From the NCBI GenBank assembly GCA_964016885.1, contig OZ024741.1:365924001-365988000 (forward strand): 64,000 bases of DNA, written 5' to 3'. Positions 12,324 to 25,729 of this stretch are shown here, piece by piece. The position numbers and the translations under genes were made by a program. The notes below the pieces were generated by a model, which worked only from the letters and a program-made list of their open reading frames with translations, was not told where the DNA came from and did not search any database. Source of the stretch: Eledone cirrhosa (lineage: Eukaryota). Numbering within the stretch: position 1 is the stretch's first letter; every line of letters starts with the position of its first letter.

Positions 12324-12918
12324 ATGTAGTGAAATAATTGTTTCTACGTTAGGCACAAGGTCAGCAATTACCTATTGAATTACTGGTACTTTATTTTATC
12401 GACCCCGTAAGGATGAAAGGCAAAGTTAACCTCGGCGGGATTTGAACTCAGAATGGCAAGGGCCGTAACTCTATGCGCCAAAGCATGGCATCTGACACTC
12501 TACCGATACTGCCAATCCACATGTAGTGAAATAATTGTTTCTACTTTTAGGCACAAGGCCAGCAATTACCCAGTGCATTACTGGTACTTTATTTTATCGA
12601 CCCCATAAGGATGAAAGGCAAAGTCAACCTCGGCGGGATTTGAACTCAGATCGTAAAGGGACGTAACTATGCTGGAAAGCATGGCGTCCGACCCTCCACC
12701 GATACTGCTAATCCACATGTAGTGAAATAATTGTTTCTACTTTTGGCACCAGGCCAGCAATTATCCCAGTGCATTACTGGTACTTTATTTTATCGACCCC
12801 GTAAGGATGAAAGGCAAAGTTAACCTTGGCGGGATTTGAACTCAGATCATAAAAGGAGGTAACTCTATGCTTCAAAGCAAGGCGCCCGACCCTCTACCGA
12901 CACATGTAGTGAAATAAT
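12324..12918 (-). mobile_element. Three family A SINEs in tandem separated by an identical 15-bp target sequence
   Basis: ATGTAGTGAAATAAT at 12324, 12521, 12717 and 12904 brackets three SINE bodies. Confidence 0.85.
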
Positions 12919-13100
12919 GATAAGTCAAAAGAGCTATCAGTTACTGTTGTCAGCTTCCATCAGGATAAAGTTTACATCTGGTTGTATTGACATAAGAAAT
13001 GTGGCTCAAATGCTTCCATTGCTGTGGGCTTCTTTCAAAATTTAATGAAATTTAGGATTTGAAATATCTATATGTCAGTTGTATAAAATATATACGTATA

Positions 13101-13320
13101 TATTGGTTTCTTATATAGGCACAAGGCCAGTGATTTGGGAGGAGAGGAAAGTCGATTAAATCGACTCCAGTGCGTGACTGGTACTTTATTTTTTCGACCC
13201 CGGGAGGATGAAAGGCAAAGTTAACCTCGACGGGATTTGAACTCAGAATGGAAAGGGCCGTAACTCTATGCGTCAAAGCATGGCGTCCGACTCTCTACCG
13301 ATACTGCCAATCCACTGCCC
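13101..13320 (-). mobile_element. tRNA-derived SINE (family A), full length
   Basis: Complete A-box, B-box, body and tail. Confidence 0.75.
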
Positions 13321-13394
13321 TTAGTTAGTTCTTGTAATAATAATAATATTAATGGCCACAAAGTTCCAGGACATTGAGAACAATACAAATACGA

Positions 13395-13715
13395 AAAAGA
13401 TGAAGAAAAAGAAGATGAGGAGGATAATGATGATAGCCGACGACGAGAATAACGACGACGATGATGATGACTAAGACCATAACAATGAAAAAGAATGGTA
13501 ATACTAATGAGGAGGTGGAGGAGGCGGAGGCCCATGATGACTATGCCGATGATGATGATGATGACAATGATGATGATGACGACAATGATGATGATGATCA
13601 TGACGACGACGACGATGAGGATGATGATGATAAGGAGGAGGAGGAGGAGGAGGATGGGGAGGAGGAGGAGGAAGAAGATATCGTCGATAATGTTGCAGCA
13701 GACGAAGAAGATCAA
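13395..13715. repeat. Compound trinucleotide repeat (GAT/GAC/GAG/GAA)
   Basis: Directly visible; open in several frames on both strands. Confidence 0.85.
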
Positions 13716-14050
13716 GAAATTCTTTGCAGATTTCATCAACCCATCTCCCCAATTCCCCAACTCCAGTCTAGAAGAAAACATTAGACTATAGCCGGTCAGA
13801 CGGAGCATACAACATTTAATGAACCGAATGAATTTAGTACAATCCATTTCATGGGAAAGATTAAGTATGATTATTTTTTCGTTGTTAATTAGAGCTTAAT
13901 TAGTGTTGAAAGAGAAAAGAGAAAACCAACAACAAGAAGAACAGTTTATAAATTAGCATAGTCAATTGATCAATGAAACAAATATGCGAAAATTCTAAAA
14001 CCTTTCGACTGACTGATTAATATCATTTTCGACAAGACAAACACTACAGA

Positions 14051-14128
<78 letters not shown>

Positions 14129-14286
14129 ATGTGTGTGTATATTTGTGTGTGTGTGTATATATTTGTAGATGTGCGTATGCGTGTGTGTATGTTAACACCC
14201 CTAGATTCCTATCGCTTTCTCTTTGCTCTAGGCTTCGTACTTACATGCACACACTCTTTTACACACATAGCATCGTACGGCCCTAT

Positions 14287-14359
<73 letters not shown>

Positions 14360-14586
14360 CTTACGCACGTGCTCAAGTATAGCTCTTTTTACAAAACGTT
14401 TTTTTTTTCCATTTCAGGTAGACGCGCGCAATCATCCACTTTTCTAGAAAACAAATCATACACAAAACGCCACCACTAACAGTTTTGCAAGAGATGTCAA
14501 CATGAATGGACCTATTATTTTGATCTAAAGACTTTTTTTCCAATTCCATCCCGCCCGTCCCTTTGATGTATTTTATTTCTCATTTT

Positions 14587-14622
14587 TTTTCTGATGAAGG
14601 ACTAGCGTCCGAAACGGTAATA
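14587..14622 (+). ncRNA. Minimal hammerhead ribozyme (possibly degenerate)
   Basis: CTGATGA a ggac tagc gtcc GAAAC g GTA; the sister fragment at 47254 reads GAAACGTTAAG; stem I weak. Confidence 0.5.
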
Positions 14623-14706
14623 CCCTATTCCTGCTATATCAAGCGTTAACCTAATATATACCTTCCATATACTGTACCGATTGTGTTGTTATTTCTGATT
14701 ACCTTT

Positions 14707-14748
<42 letters not shown>

Positions 14749-14771
14749 CACACATACATACATACATACAA

Positions 14772-14840
<69 letters not shown>

Positions 14841-15461
14841 TATAAATATATATTTTGGGGTGTCCCAAAAAATGTATACACAATTCAACATATATATATA
14901 TGTACACGTACATACATAAATGTATACAGACGTACAGTAGTATGTATATATATATACATACATGACCACATATATATATGTACGTATGGATTCAGCGAAC
15001 ATTTATTATAATGCTCGGTGTGTTTGTAAACAAACATCCCGTATTAAGCCGTAGTGTCTAGCAACCATCGTTACTCGTTTGTTCAACACTGACAAAGGAA
15101 CGCTGTACTAGTTTCAAGCTTATTAGCTATCGTCAGCAACGTATACCATCCTCCCAGATTGTTGAACATCTGAAAGTATATACTTTCCTTATACATATTA
15201 ACGGCTGAGTAGCCCAATTTGCATACCGAGTGGGTTAATCGGCCGGGTGCACCGAAAACGAAAACCGGAAAAAATGAAACGAAATTTCATTTCCTACTCT
15301 TAGCCGATTGTAAGTTGAGATGTTGCTATTCCATTCATGAATGGAATAGCAACATCACAACTTACAATTAAGGACAAAATGAAACAATTGTTCTCGGTAT
15401 GGTGAACTAACTGTTATGTTACCACTTCTATATATATACATGTGTGTGTGTGTGTGTGTGT

Positions 15462-15534
<73 letters not shown>

Positions 15535-15579
15535 TATGTGTCTGTTTTGAACAAGAGTCGAACATAGGTTGTTAAATGA

Positions 15580-15672
15580 TTCATTGTTTTACGATCGTTT
15601 CAGAACGTTTGTTAATGATGATAAATCAATATATTAACTAATAAAGAGTATTTATGCCTCAGAAACAATGAA
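15580..15672 (-). ncRNA. Degenerate hammerhead ribozyme (A9>C)
   Basis: ttcattgttt CTGAGGC .. GAAAC gatc GTA aaacaatgaa; perfect 10-bp stem I, mutated core. Confidence 0.55.
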
Positions 15673-15963
15673 CTATAATTTTTATTTATAGGGATGAATT
15701 GCGTCAATGGGATATATTGACCGGAAAAAATAAATAAATGACGAAGGGTGTACTAACCAAATATAGAGAAATATAAGCAGAAAGACCATTAGAAAGACAA
15801 AAAAAAAAGAATAAAAAAAGCGAGTATAAAATAAAAATACGGAAAAAGAATACATGACATAAATACATAAACAATAGTATGACGAATGAAGGGAGTGGTA
15901 AATTATCAAATTGTGTGTGTGTATGTGTGTGTACAAACATATGTACACCCATACAATTAAAAA

Positions 15964-16019
<56 letters not shown>

Positions 16020-16412
16020 TTTTACTCTTTTACCTGTCCCAGGCATCCTGCTGAGGCCATGCTGAGGCACCTATGTAGGAAAAGAGTAAGGAGCCTGGCC
16101 GTTTCGACAGGTAGATCCGTTCGCATCTAGCTATCGATACATATATATATATGTGTATATACACATATAGAGATATATATAGAAATGTATATGCATAGAT
16201 AAATAGATACATCCAGACCATTCTTAAGGATGTGCAGGTGCATATGGATGTGCATATAACCACTTGTACACTTACATATATAGAAATGAAATACACTCAA
16301 AACTATAAATATGAAACATGAACATAGAGGCGACATGCATAGATTTGTTTAGCTGAATGGATACATCCTCTCTCCCCTAAAATATTAATCGATAGATACC
16401 AATATATATATA

Positions 16413-16477
<65 letters not shown>

Positions 16478-16554
16478 TATATATATAAAAGAAAATGTTC
16501 GCTCAACATGGCTAAATACAATAAATGTAATCTGAGTTCTTCGAATGTTAATAA

Positions 16555-16693
16555 TTGTTTCTACTTTAGGCACAAGGCCAGCAAATACCCAGTGCATTAC
16601 TGGTACTTTATGTTATCGACCCCGTAAGGATGAAAGGCAAAGTAAACCTTGGCGGGATTTTACTTTGCCTTTCATCCTTACGGTGTCGATAAA
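16555..16693 (-). mobile_element. 5'-truncated family A SINE with inverted duplication and 16-bp TSD
   Basis: TTCGAAT(G/A)TTAATAAT at 16540 and 16694; 16661-16693 is the reverse complement of SINE body 16611-16646. Confidence 0.7.
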
Positions 16694-17043
16694 TTCGAAT
16701 ATTAATAATAACATTCGATTCGTTTGCAATTATGCAAACAACCCTCAAGTTTATAGCCATGTCAGTAGAATGTTCACATGCCAACACAAGAGCAAGATTG
16801 AAGGATTTATTCTACTGACATGGCTATAACATTGAGGCTTGTTTACATAATTGCAAACGAATCGAATGTTATTATTAATATTCGAAAAACTCAGATTACA
16901 TTTATATATATATATATATATATTGTTATACTTTGAGAGGGTCATGTTGCAATATTATTGGCAACATGACCCTCCCAAAGTATAACAATATCGGTTTCAA
17001 CACAGGTTTTCAGATAAAGAATCTTGCTAAACAAATTCAGAAA

Positions 17044-17137
<94 letters not shown>

Positions 17138-17176
17138 AATAACAAAGAACGCCTATAGCATATGCATATCTTTACT

Positions 17177-17222
17177 TGCTAACATTGTTTCATCCGCACT
17201 ATAAGTGGGACTCATCAGAGCA
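17177..17222 (-). ncRNA. Type I hammerhead ribozyme
   Basis: Reverse complement of 19503-19548. Confidence 0.8.
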
Positions 17223-17761
17223 TAAAGGTTAATTACATACCACACAAGCAATAACAAATCCAAGACATTGAAGAATGAAAAATAATAGAAGATAAAGGAT
17301 ATTAAGGAAGTAAAAGTAAAAATAAGAATAAAAATAAAAATAAAAATAAAAATAATAAAATATACAATGAAAAATAAGGGGTGCTATCAGTCACAGTTGG
17401 GCGGGGTGCTGTCAACATATAGTTACATACAAGCATACACATGGATAAGAGAACAGACAAGAGTAGATAAGATAGATAGGATTAGGTAAGAGTAGGTAAA
17501 AAATAGGTGAAAAACAGACTTATAATATATATAAGAAAATATAAAAAAATATATAACAAACTTACATATAAAATATAAAATATACAGATAATAGTGATAC
17601 AGGGTAAGGAATGAAATAAAATAATATAAAATTAAAATTAAAATTATATAAAATAGAACATAATATAATATAATCATAAAATAAGATAAAATAAGGTAAA
17701 CTAAAATAAAATAAAATAGACTAAAGTAAAATAATATAATATAAGATATAATTAAATGTAA

Positions 17762-17797
<36 letters not shown>

Positions 17798-17829
17798 AAT
17801 TAAATAAATAAATAAAATTAAAATTAAAA

Positions 17830-17861
<32 letters not shown>

Positions 17862-18817
17862 GTAAATAAATAAATAAATAAATGAAATTAAATAAATAAA
17901 TAAATAAAATTAAATAAAATGAAATGAAATAAAATAAAATAAAATAAAGTAAATTGAGATAAGATATATATTTTTTTAGAATATATCTCTTGAATATATC
18001 GGGGGCCCACGAAGGCACTAAGTGTCACAGTTATCTGTATCACTTGACCATTTTTTTAGAATATATTTCTTGAAAATATCAGGGGCCCACGAAGGCACTA
18101 AGTGTCACAGTCACCAGTATCACTTGACCATTGCAAGGCAATGGAGGCGTCCCAGGTTGGGCAGTCTCAAAAGTTCACTCGAAAGTCACGGGTGTGCATT
18201 CACACAGTTGAGCGGTGGGGTAATCACAAACCGGTTCACACCCGGGCAGGAGTCCAATGGTCAAACAGAGGTGCATCGAAGGAAGGTAGGAGAATTCACG
18301 TGCAGTAGCAAGAGGCCGAAAGCGAGGTGCAGGCGGGTTAGCCAAAGCAAGCAGATACAGTTGGAGCGCATACAAAAGATATATAAAAAGACAAAAGATA
18401 TATAAAAAATAGCTTCAAGAGCCATGAAGTCACCGCATTGGGACATCACAAGATTGTACACACCAATATGTTCAGCACGTATATGCACATATACACACCA
18501 CATGCATATGCAGAGACGGTATACATATATATATATTTTTTTATATACAGACATATACAACCACCTACACCCATACACATATAAATGTATACACAGACAC
18601 ACACGCACACACACACAGCGTAGGACACCCGGGTCAAAGCTGATATTAAACACAGAAATACCACATTAGGCAAGACCCACCACCACGGATAATACATTCA
18701 AAATAAATACATACGATGAGATGTAGTAAAATAAAATTGAATTCCTACGGAGATAATCATGTCCGCACGTGCCCTTGCCCGATTTAAGTGTACACAGCTA
18801 TTTATTTATTTATTTAC

Positions 18818-18865
<48 letters not shown>

Positions 18866-18897
18866 TTTTAATTTTAATTTTATTTATTTATTTAATT

Positions 18898-18933
<36 letters not shown>

Positions 18934-19502
18934 TTACATTTAATTATATCTTATATTATATTATTTTACTTTAGTCTATTTTATTTTATTTTAGTTTACC
19001 TTATTTTATCTTATTTTATGATTATATTATATTATGTTCTATTTCATATAATTTTAATTTTAATTTTATATTATTTTATTTCATTCCTTACCCTGCATCA
19101 CTATTATCTGTATATTTTATATTTTATATGTAAGTTTGTTATATATTTTTTTATATTTTCTTATATATATTATAAGTCTGTTTTTCACCTATTTTTTACC
19201 TACTCTTACCTAATCCTATCTATCTTATCTACTCTTGTCTGTTCTCTTATCCATGTGTATGCTTGTATGTAACTATATGTTGACAGCACCCCGCCCAACT
19301 GTGACTGATAGCACCCCTTATTTTTCATTGTTTATTTTATTATTTTTATTTTTATTTTTATTTTTATTTTTATTTTTATTTTTATTTTTATTTTTATTCT
19401 TATTTTTACTTTTACTTCCTTAATATCCTTTATCTTCTATTATTTTTCATTCTTCAATGTCTTGGATTTGTTATTGCTTGTGTGGTATGTAATTAACCTT
19501 TA

Positions 19503-19548
19503 TGCTCTGATGAGTCCCACTTATAGTGCGGATGAAACAATGTTAGCA
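19503..19548 (+). ncRNA. Type I hammerhead ribozyme
   Basis: tgct CTGATGA gtcccac ttata gtgcggat GAAAC aat GTT agca. Confidence 0.8.
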
Positions 19549-19682
19549 AGTAAAGATATGCATATGCTATAGGCGTTCTTTGTTATTTATTATATCACGA
19601 CTCTGTCCTCAGACATCGAGCTAACCTTATACTGCCTGCTGGATAAGTGGAGTGTTATACACCCCTGATCCTCTCCCTAGTA

Positions 19683-19718
<36 letters not shown>

Positions 19719-19724
<6 letters not shown>

Positions 19725-19886
19725 GTGAGGGTTTTTTTACAAAATGAAAAATAACCGAGGTGTCCTACACGAGTGAAAGCATAAAGAAAAGCAGAAGAAC
19801 TGCGAAACCGGTAAAGGAACCAAATAAATATATATATTTAAAAAAAAAATAAGACTCCAGTTGCATTTTCGATTTCATCTCTTTTT

Positions 19887-19892
<6 letters not shown>
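19719..19892. mobile_element. Tiny rearranged pLTR of the Neptune-type family at 31905-34548
   Basis: 19719-19790 is the reverse complement of 34475-34547; 19786-19892 matches 34378-34485 directly. Confidence 0.75.
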
Positions 19893-19933
<41 letters not shown>

Positions 19934-21289
19934 CAGTCGATCGACTTTCGTCAAATCGGACCGAGGAAACAATGTTTCCATTGGTCTTTCCAATTGCTAA
20001 TACTATCTATCGGTCACAACTCCAGGTAGAAGGACCAACGTGAAATACAGTGTCTTGCTCAAGGAAATAACGCATCGCCTGGTCCGTGAATCGAACTCAC
20101 AACCTCACAATTGCGAATCCAATTCTCTAACCACTCAGCCACGCGCCTTCACAAAGCATATATCTTTAGACACATATCTTTAGACATACATATCCATACA
20201 CATATATAAACCTTCATAAAGACTAACATTCACAACCATACACATACATGCCCATGCATGTTTATGTATATGTGTATGTATATGTGTATGTATATATTGT
20301 TTACATGTATATATGCTTGTATGTATACAATAAGAATACATAAACATCATTTTCCGGTCATAACACACCACTTTCATGATAGTTCAAGAAAATATTGACA
20401 CGAAAACCAGCATTCGAATTTCATCAATGTTTTCAAGAGAATATGACCTCAGTCGATTTCAATACTGAATGCTCCGTTTGTTCTGCTCGTGAATTAAGGT
20501 GTGGTTGACTGAACAGAAACGTGTATTATTACGCGTAACGCAGTCTGTGACAAGGGTGAGCCTTTGAAAGTACCATCCATCCGACGCCTATCTAAACTAT
20601 TTACCTCTAGTTAATTCCACTCACGACTCGAAGCTATGGTAAATGACTCTTGTGCAGGAGGTCACACAATGGAATCGAAAGTGGGAGCTAATAATAACAA
20701 AGAGAACTTCTTAATTATTCGGGCCGCTTCTTCGATTTTAGATGAAATATGTGAACTTCAATTCTCATGATTGCATAATTAAATGGTTTAAAGTGTAACG
20801 TATCGAAAATCCATTTCAATGCACACAGAATTCAGTTAATTTGCATATTGTTATGAGTTTGTCAGTGTCCTTTGAAATCATTAATTCGGCCAGGCTATGC
20901 CAGTGCTAATACACTTAATGAAGTGAGATAAATTATTAATTATAATTAATTAAAACTATATCCGTAGTATGGCAAAATAAAGAAATACCCATTAGCTTAA
21001 TGTTTAATTATGCTCGAGAATTATAGTGGAAACAGTTCCGTCATTTAAATTTAAATCGCCTATAAAAAATAACTTTAAATCAACATACGGAAATGGGCAT
21101 TAATATAATTTACTTGTGAGTGTCCAATCATTTTTAATTCATTTTCTTTGGATTATATATCATCACTTCGTGGGAATGATTATTGCTTCATAATCTTTTT
21201 TTATCATTCCTCATCTAATAAACAACGCTGGAAGGAATAATCTCACTGATATCTACATAGTTTATCTTTCCTTATTATTAAGGAGACCA

Positions 21290-21850
21290 GCCGGGTACTC
21301 AACCTGAGACCTAAGGCACGATAGCGTTAGACGGAGAGAAACTGGCGAACGCATACATTGTGTCCGTCATCTAATACCAACTGACCGTCATGACTTGTCT
21401 TGTTATATGTCTGTCCGTGCTGGAACGATTGCTATTTCACCTTTTGTGAAAGAGACTAGTGTCAATGGTAAGGCGGTCATTTTACTGGCAACATCAACTA
21501 AGTAGAGGACTGGGCATGATGTGGCTGAGGATGCACAAATATGCGCTCAGGCTACGTCATCTCCAGCTTTACCTCCATGGTGAACATCAGTTTTCCACAG
21601 CTTGTCTCTTTCACAGAGCAGCAGTCATGGGTCAAGCGAAGACCGAGGCTGAGCGTTTGGAAACGGGCAGTGCGATCGGTAGAAACGCCACCCTAGTTTT
21701 CTATAGAGGTTAAAGCGACGACATTCGTTGGGAGACTCTAGGGATCGACGAAAACCATCTAGCCACTCTTTTCAGAGAACTTTCAGTTCAGGCCATATGG
21801 ATAACTTCCAAAAATCAATGGTCTGGCGGGTGCTATGGCAATTAGAGAAA
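21290..21850 (+). pseudogene. Degenerate RLE-type non-LTR retrotransposon 3' region (HERO/NeSL-like)
   Basis: Manual translation across frames gives RHDSV, FVKE, DW, IEV and ETLGIDENHLATLFRELSVQAIW in the order expected for the RLE C-terminus. Confidence 0.45.
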
Positions 21851-22581
21851 AATTTTACAAACATAGAACCGCCCTCAGCTGGGGCTGTTCGAGATGCGCG
21901 TAGTATGACGAAACCCTCCTGAACGCAGTGATCGAGTGTTCAAGCTTTGTTGACACGTAGGTTTATGTCAAACACCCAGAGTCACCTGTCTTCATTTAGG
22001 GAGGAAGGACGGGCAGTCTTTAATTACCCGGGGGCCATGGTGAAGGAGGTCATCTGATGGACGTGTTTGGAAAGGTTGAAGACAAGCACTTTCCTCTTCG
22101 GCGAAGCGCTGATTAACTTTTTCAGGTAACAACAGAAGAGAAATTTCGTGATGGAGAGGGAGAAGGAAATGCTGGCTTTGTTGAAAGATGGGTGAGAGAG
22201 GCGAGTATGGTTCGAGTGAATGGCTTGCTCTGAGTATGAATCAGCAAATTGGAGGACAACTGAAAGAGGGCACTTGCTCTGAAGATCAAAGTATCCACAC
22301 TTTTGAGGAATATGATATATTTGATTTTTTTTAAATGTTTATTTTTTGTTTTTGTTATCAATCTTTCTTTTACACAAAAAAAAACCCACACTGTACTGTC
22401 ATGTACCGTATTTAATGTCCTTTTAATGTGTGGCTAATAAAGAAACCATTATTAATATTATTATACTTTGGGAGGGTCATGTTGCCAATAAAAACACACG
22501 CACCCATAGGTTCTCACTTCAATTTGTTATAAGTGTCAGGTTGGTTGGTTGGTTCGATAACCGGAAGGTTGTTTATATATT

Positions 22582-22624
22582 GCCAAAGCTCTTTCGTCAC
22601 ACATTCTGTGACCTCCTCAGTGAC
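22582..22624 (-). ncRNA. Minimal type I hammerhead ribozyme
   Basis: gtca CTGAGGA g gtcac..gtgac GAAAG ag CTT tggc; lies in pLTR 22458-22760, homologous to 6520-6775 and 16925-17046. Confidence 0.6.
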
Positions 22625-22937
22625 TAGGTTTTTATTTTGTGTCTCTCCTTTGTTCTGTCCTACACCATCTTGTTTTTGTGTCACAAACGTATAACAATAT
22701 CTGTTTCAACACACGTTTTCAGATAAGAAATATTGTAAAACAAATTAAAAAACGAATTATTAATATCATTATTATTTTTAACATCCTTTGTATATAGCTT
22801 CCTTGCCAAATCCTGTCTAGTGTCAACATGACACGTGAGGCAAAATTTGATGATACACACATTTTACAATCAATTGGTATAAAGGTGATGCCACAATAAT
22901 AACAGCAGTAAATATCTTTGGAAGGTTTGTAAATTGA

Positions 22938-23130
22938 TAATTGTTTCTACATTTGGCTCAAGGCCAGCAATTATCTCAGTGTATTACTGGTGCTTTATTT
23001 TATCGACCCCGTAAGGATGAAAGGCAAAGTTAACATCGGCGGGATTTGACCTCGAGACCATAAACGGCTGTTACTCTTTGCTGCAAAGCATGGGGTCAGA
23101 CATTCTACCGATACTACCAATCCACCGCCC
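22938..23130 (-). mobile_element. tRNA-derived SINE (family A)
   Basis: Full body; TTGTAAATTGAT duplicated on both sides (22927 and 23131). Confidence 0.75.
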
Positions 23131-23139
23131 TTGTAAATT

Positions 23140-23545
23140 GATGCCATTCACAGGACAATGACTGCCAGTCACACTATTTTCTGTATCTCTTGCAGCGGTG
23201 GCTTTCCGGTTATCCGGTCCAAATATGTTTCAGTATCCTTTTTTATCATTCGAAAATGCGACGACTATCACTGGTATTGCACAGGCTTTAAAATTCCACA
23301 AATTACTCAATTTCTATTGATTTTATACTTACTGCTCTTTCAGAACTCTTTCGAGATGTTAGACTCTAATGGAATACCCATGTCAATTAAGAAACATGTG
23401 TTCTCTTTCTGATGCTTCACAATTATGTCAAGTCTGTTGGCCTTGATGGTTCTGTCAGTATTCACGGGGAACGCCCATAGGATTATCACGTTCTAATTTC
23501 CTGTTACTGCATCTGGGTCAACCTTATTTGCATACTCATCTTAAT
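23140..23545 (-). pseudogene. R4/Dong-like non-LTR retrotransposon restriction-like endonuclease remnant
   Basis: Manual minus-strand translation: PVNTDRTIKANRLDIIVKHQKENTCFLIDMGIP..SKYK..IPVIV..LQEIQKIV, with stops and frameshifts. Confidence 0.7.
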
Positions 23546-23660
23546 AATTTTAAATATTTGACTTTTCTTCTCTTTCCCTTCTTTCCTTTACTATCCAGGA
23601 AAAACTTGAACCGTTAAGATCTTCTTCCTGGTTATGTCAATATTTATAAAACAAACTTTG

Positions 23661-23721
23661 TATTTTATCTGATGAAAGCGTACCAAAGTTTTGGTACCCT
23701 TGAAATATATATAATAGAATA
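23661..23721 (+). ncRNA. Type I hammerhead ribozyme
   Basis: tattttat CTGATGA aagcgtacca..tggtaccctt GAAAT atat ATA atagaata; pLTR ~23550-23860 related to 37690-38015. Confidence 0.85.
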
Positions 23722-23856
23722 AATATGGTTTTATAAATATAATTTCCATTTATTAAATATCATTGAATATTATACTCCAGAAAATCTGTCGAGTGCTTTG
23801 AATCAGTTATAAACATTTATATTTGTTGAATTACCAACAAATTAAATATCCCTTTT

Positions 23857-23915
<59 letters not shown>

Positions 23916-23965
23916 AATCGAATAAGAAAAAGCGAGTAGTTTCAGATGTTAAAGTCCTTTAATAA

Positions 23966-24151
23966 TAATTGTTTCTATTTTAGGCACAAGGCCAGCAAAT
24001 ACCAAGTACATTACTGGTACTTTATTTTATCGACCCCGTAAGGATGAAAGGCAAAGTTAACCTCGGCCGGATTTGAACTCAGATCGTAAAGGGACGTAAC
24101 TATGCTGGAAAGCATGTCCGACCCTCTACCGATACTGTCAATTCACCGCCC
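23966..24151 (-). mobile_element. tRNA-derived SINE (family A)
   Basis: Full body; CCTTTAAT.ATAAT on both sides. Confidence 0.75.
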
Positions 24152-24163
24152 TTTAATGATAAT

Positions 24164-24221
24164 GCTGTGATACATATTTCAATGACGACAGTGGCCACAC
24201 GCCGTGACATCATCAGACAGC
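24164..24221 (-). ncRNA. Type I hammerhead ribozyme
   Basis: gctgt CTGATGA tgtcacggcgtg tggc cactgtcgtcatt GAAAT atgt ATC acagc. Confidence 0.75.
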
Positions 24222-25548
24222 TTCTTACATAATAAGCTTATGTTTCCGAGGCAATCCAAATTGAGTCGACAGTCGCCAGTTCCCTTGTGAGTCCCAATTC
24301 ACCCACCGGTCTGCGCAGGCGAAAGTCCGAAGGAAATTGACCAAAGTTCTACGAAACCCGCCTAGGCAAGTCCCCCTCTCAACCAAACAATCACCCCATC
24401 TGGGTCTGTAATATGACACGGTTATAGTTTACTGCTAGTCGCCCTGCCAGTGGCAGTTGACCGAAACCTAGTGGGGGTGGGAGAGTATGAGTTTCAATAG
24501 GTCTCAATACTACCTCTAAATTACGCATGGACAATAGAATTGACCATCACCTGCTAAGAGAATATATACTTATTTCTAGGTATTATGGTTTCACAGTGGA
24601 AATTATTATTGAAAATTAGAAATTAAAAACATTACAAGTTAAAATCTTGATTGAAGTAAGTAAAAAAAATATAATAACTAATAAATAGGGAGATGTTTAA
24701 ATTATAGTAAGAAGTTTTGAAAGGGGATCAATATTACAGATATATTATCCATATATTGAACGATAATACCGTACAGTAGAACGTAGGGTAAATTACAGTA
24801 TGAAACGTAGTAATTAGGCAAATACATAGTTAATATTTCTATCACACCAATCAAAACAAAAAATACAAAATATAAAATACCAAAAATACTAAAAATACAT
24901 AGATTCAAAATAAGGTAGGAGATATATATGAGAAACATATACGAAGAAGGTAAACTGTATGGAAATGAGGGTATAAGTGGTTAAAATGATTGTGAATTTT
25001 GTCCATGTAAAGTGGATATAAAAATTCGTTATCTGATGAAGTGAGGGGGCTTCCGTTCAAGGCTTCTGTGCAAATGCAATTTGCTGCAGGAAAATAAGGG
25101 GTATATCGTTTTTTTTAGTTCGGCGTATTTATACTGTCGAAAGTTAGTTTATAATTTTATGTCCGTCCAGTAGCAGGGATTTCCAGTGTGTGTAACCAAT
25201 CCCCATGATAGAGGGAATTTCCGGGTGTAGCTGATGGCTGGTTCCTCTTTTCTCCCCTATATCGGATACACCATAGAACGCTCAACGCTTTGGAGCTAAA
25301 TTCTTAAGGTAAATATTGATGCAATTCAAGCACTCAACATACTTTTTCCACATAGGTATGTATATACGTTTGTCTATATACAACATTATTATTAATATAA
25401 ATAATATCTTTGATCTCCGGGTTATTTTTTAATAATGATATGCTTGGTACATTAAATCAATTACATTTTTAGACAGTAAGTTTTATTTCGAAAACTATAC
25501 TACTCAATCTAATATGTATGAATACACACACATATATATATATATGTC

Positions 25549-25660
<112 letters not shown>

Positions 25661-25688
25661 GACATATATATATATATATGTGTGTGTA

Positions 25689-25729
<41 letters not shown>

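Larger units (their letters stand above)
17131..19690. mobile_element. Non-coding PLE-derived element with ~750-bp inverted arms
   Basis: 17131-~17880 is the near-exact reverse complement of ~18800-19594; each arm holds an HHR; (TA)n flanks. Confidence 0.75.

Noticed and set aside
12324-12918. CRISPR-like repeat-spacer array
   Set aside because: Repeats are 15 bp, spacers are ~180-bp homologous SINEs, there are no cas genes, and the context is eukaryotic
13461-13784. Acidic D/E-rich protein
   Set aside because: Compound trinucleotide repeat open in several frames on both strands; no domain or splice evidence
25025-25100. CTGATGA as a hammerhead core
   Set aside because: No convincing stem II/GAAA/NUH/stem I arrangement found
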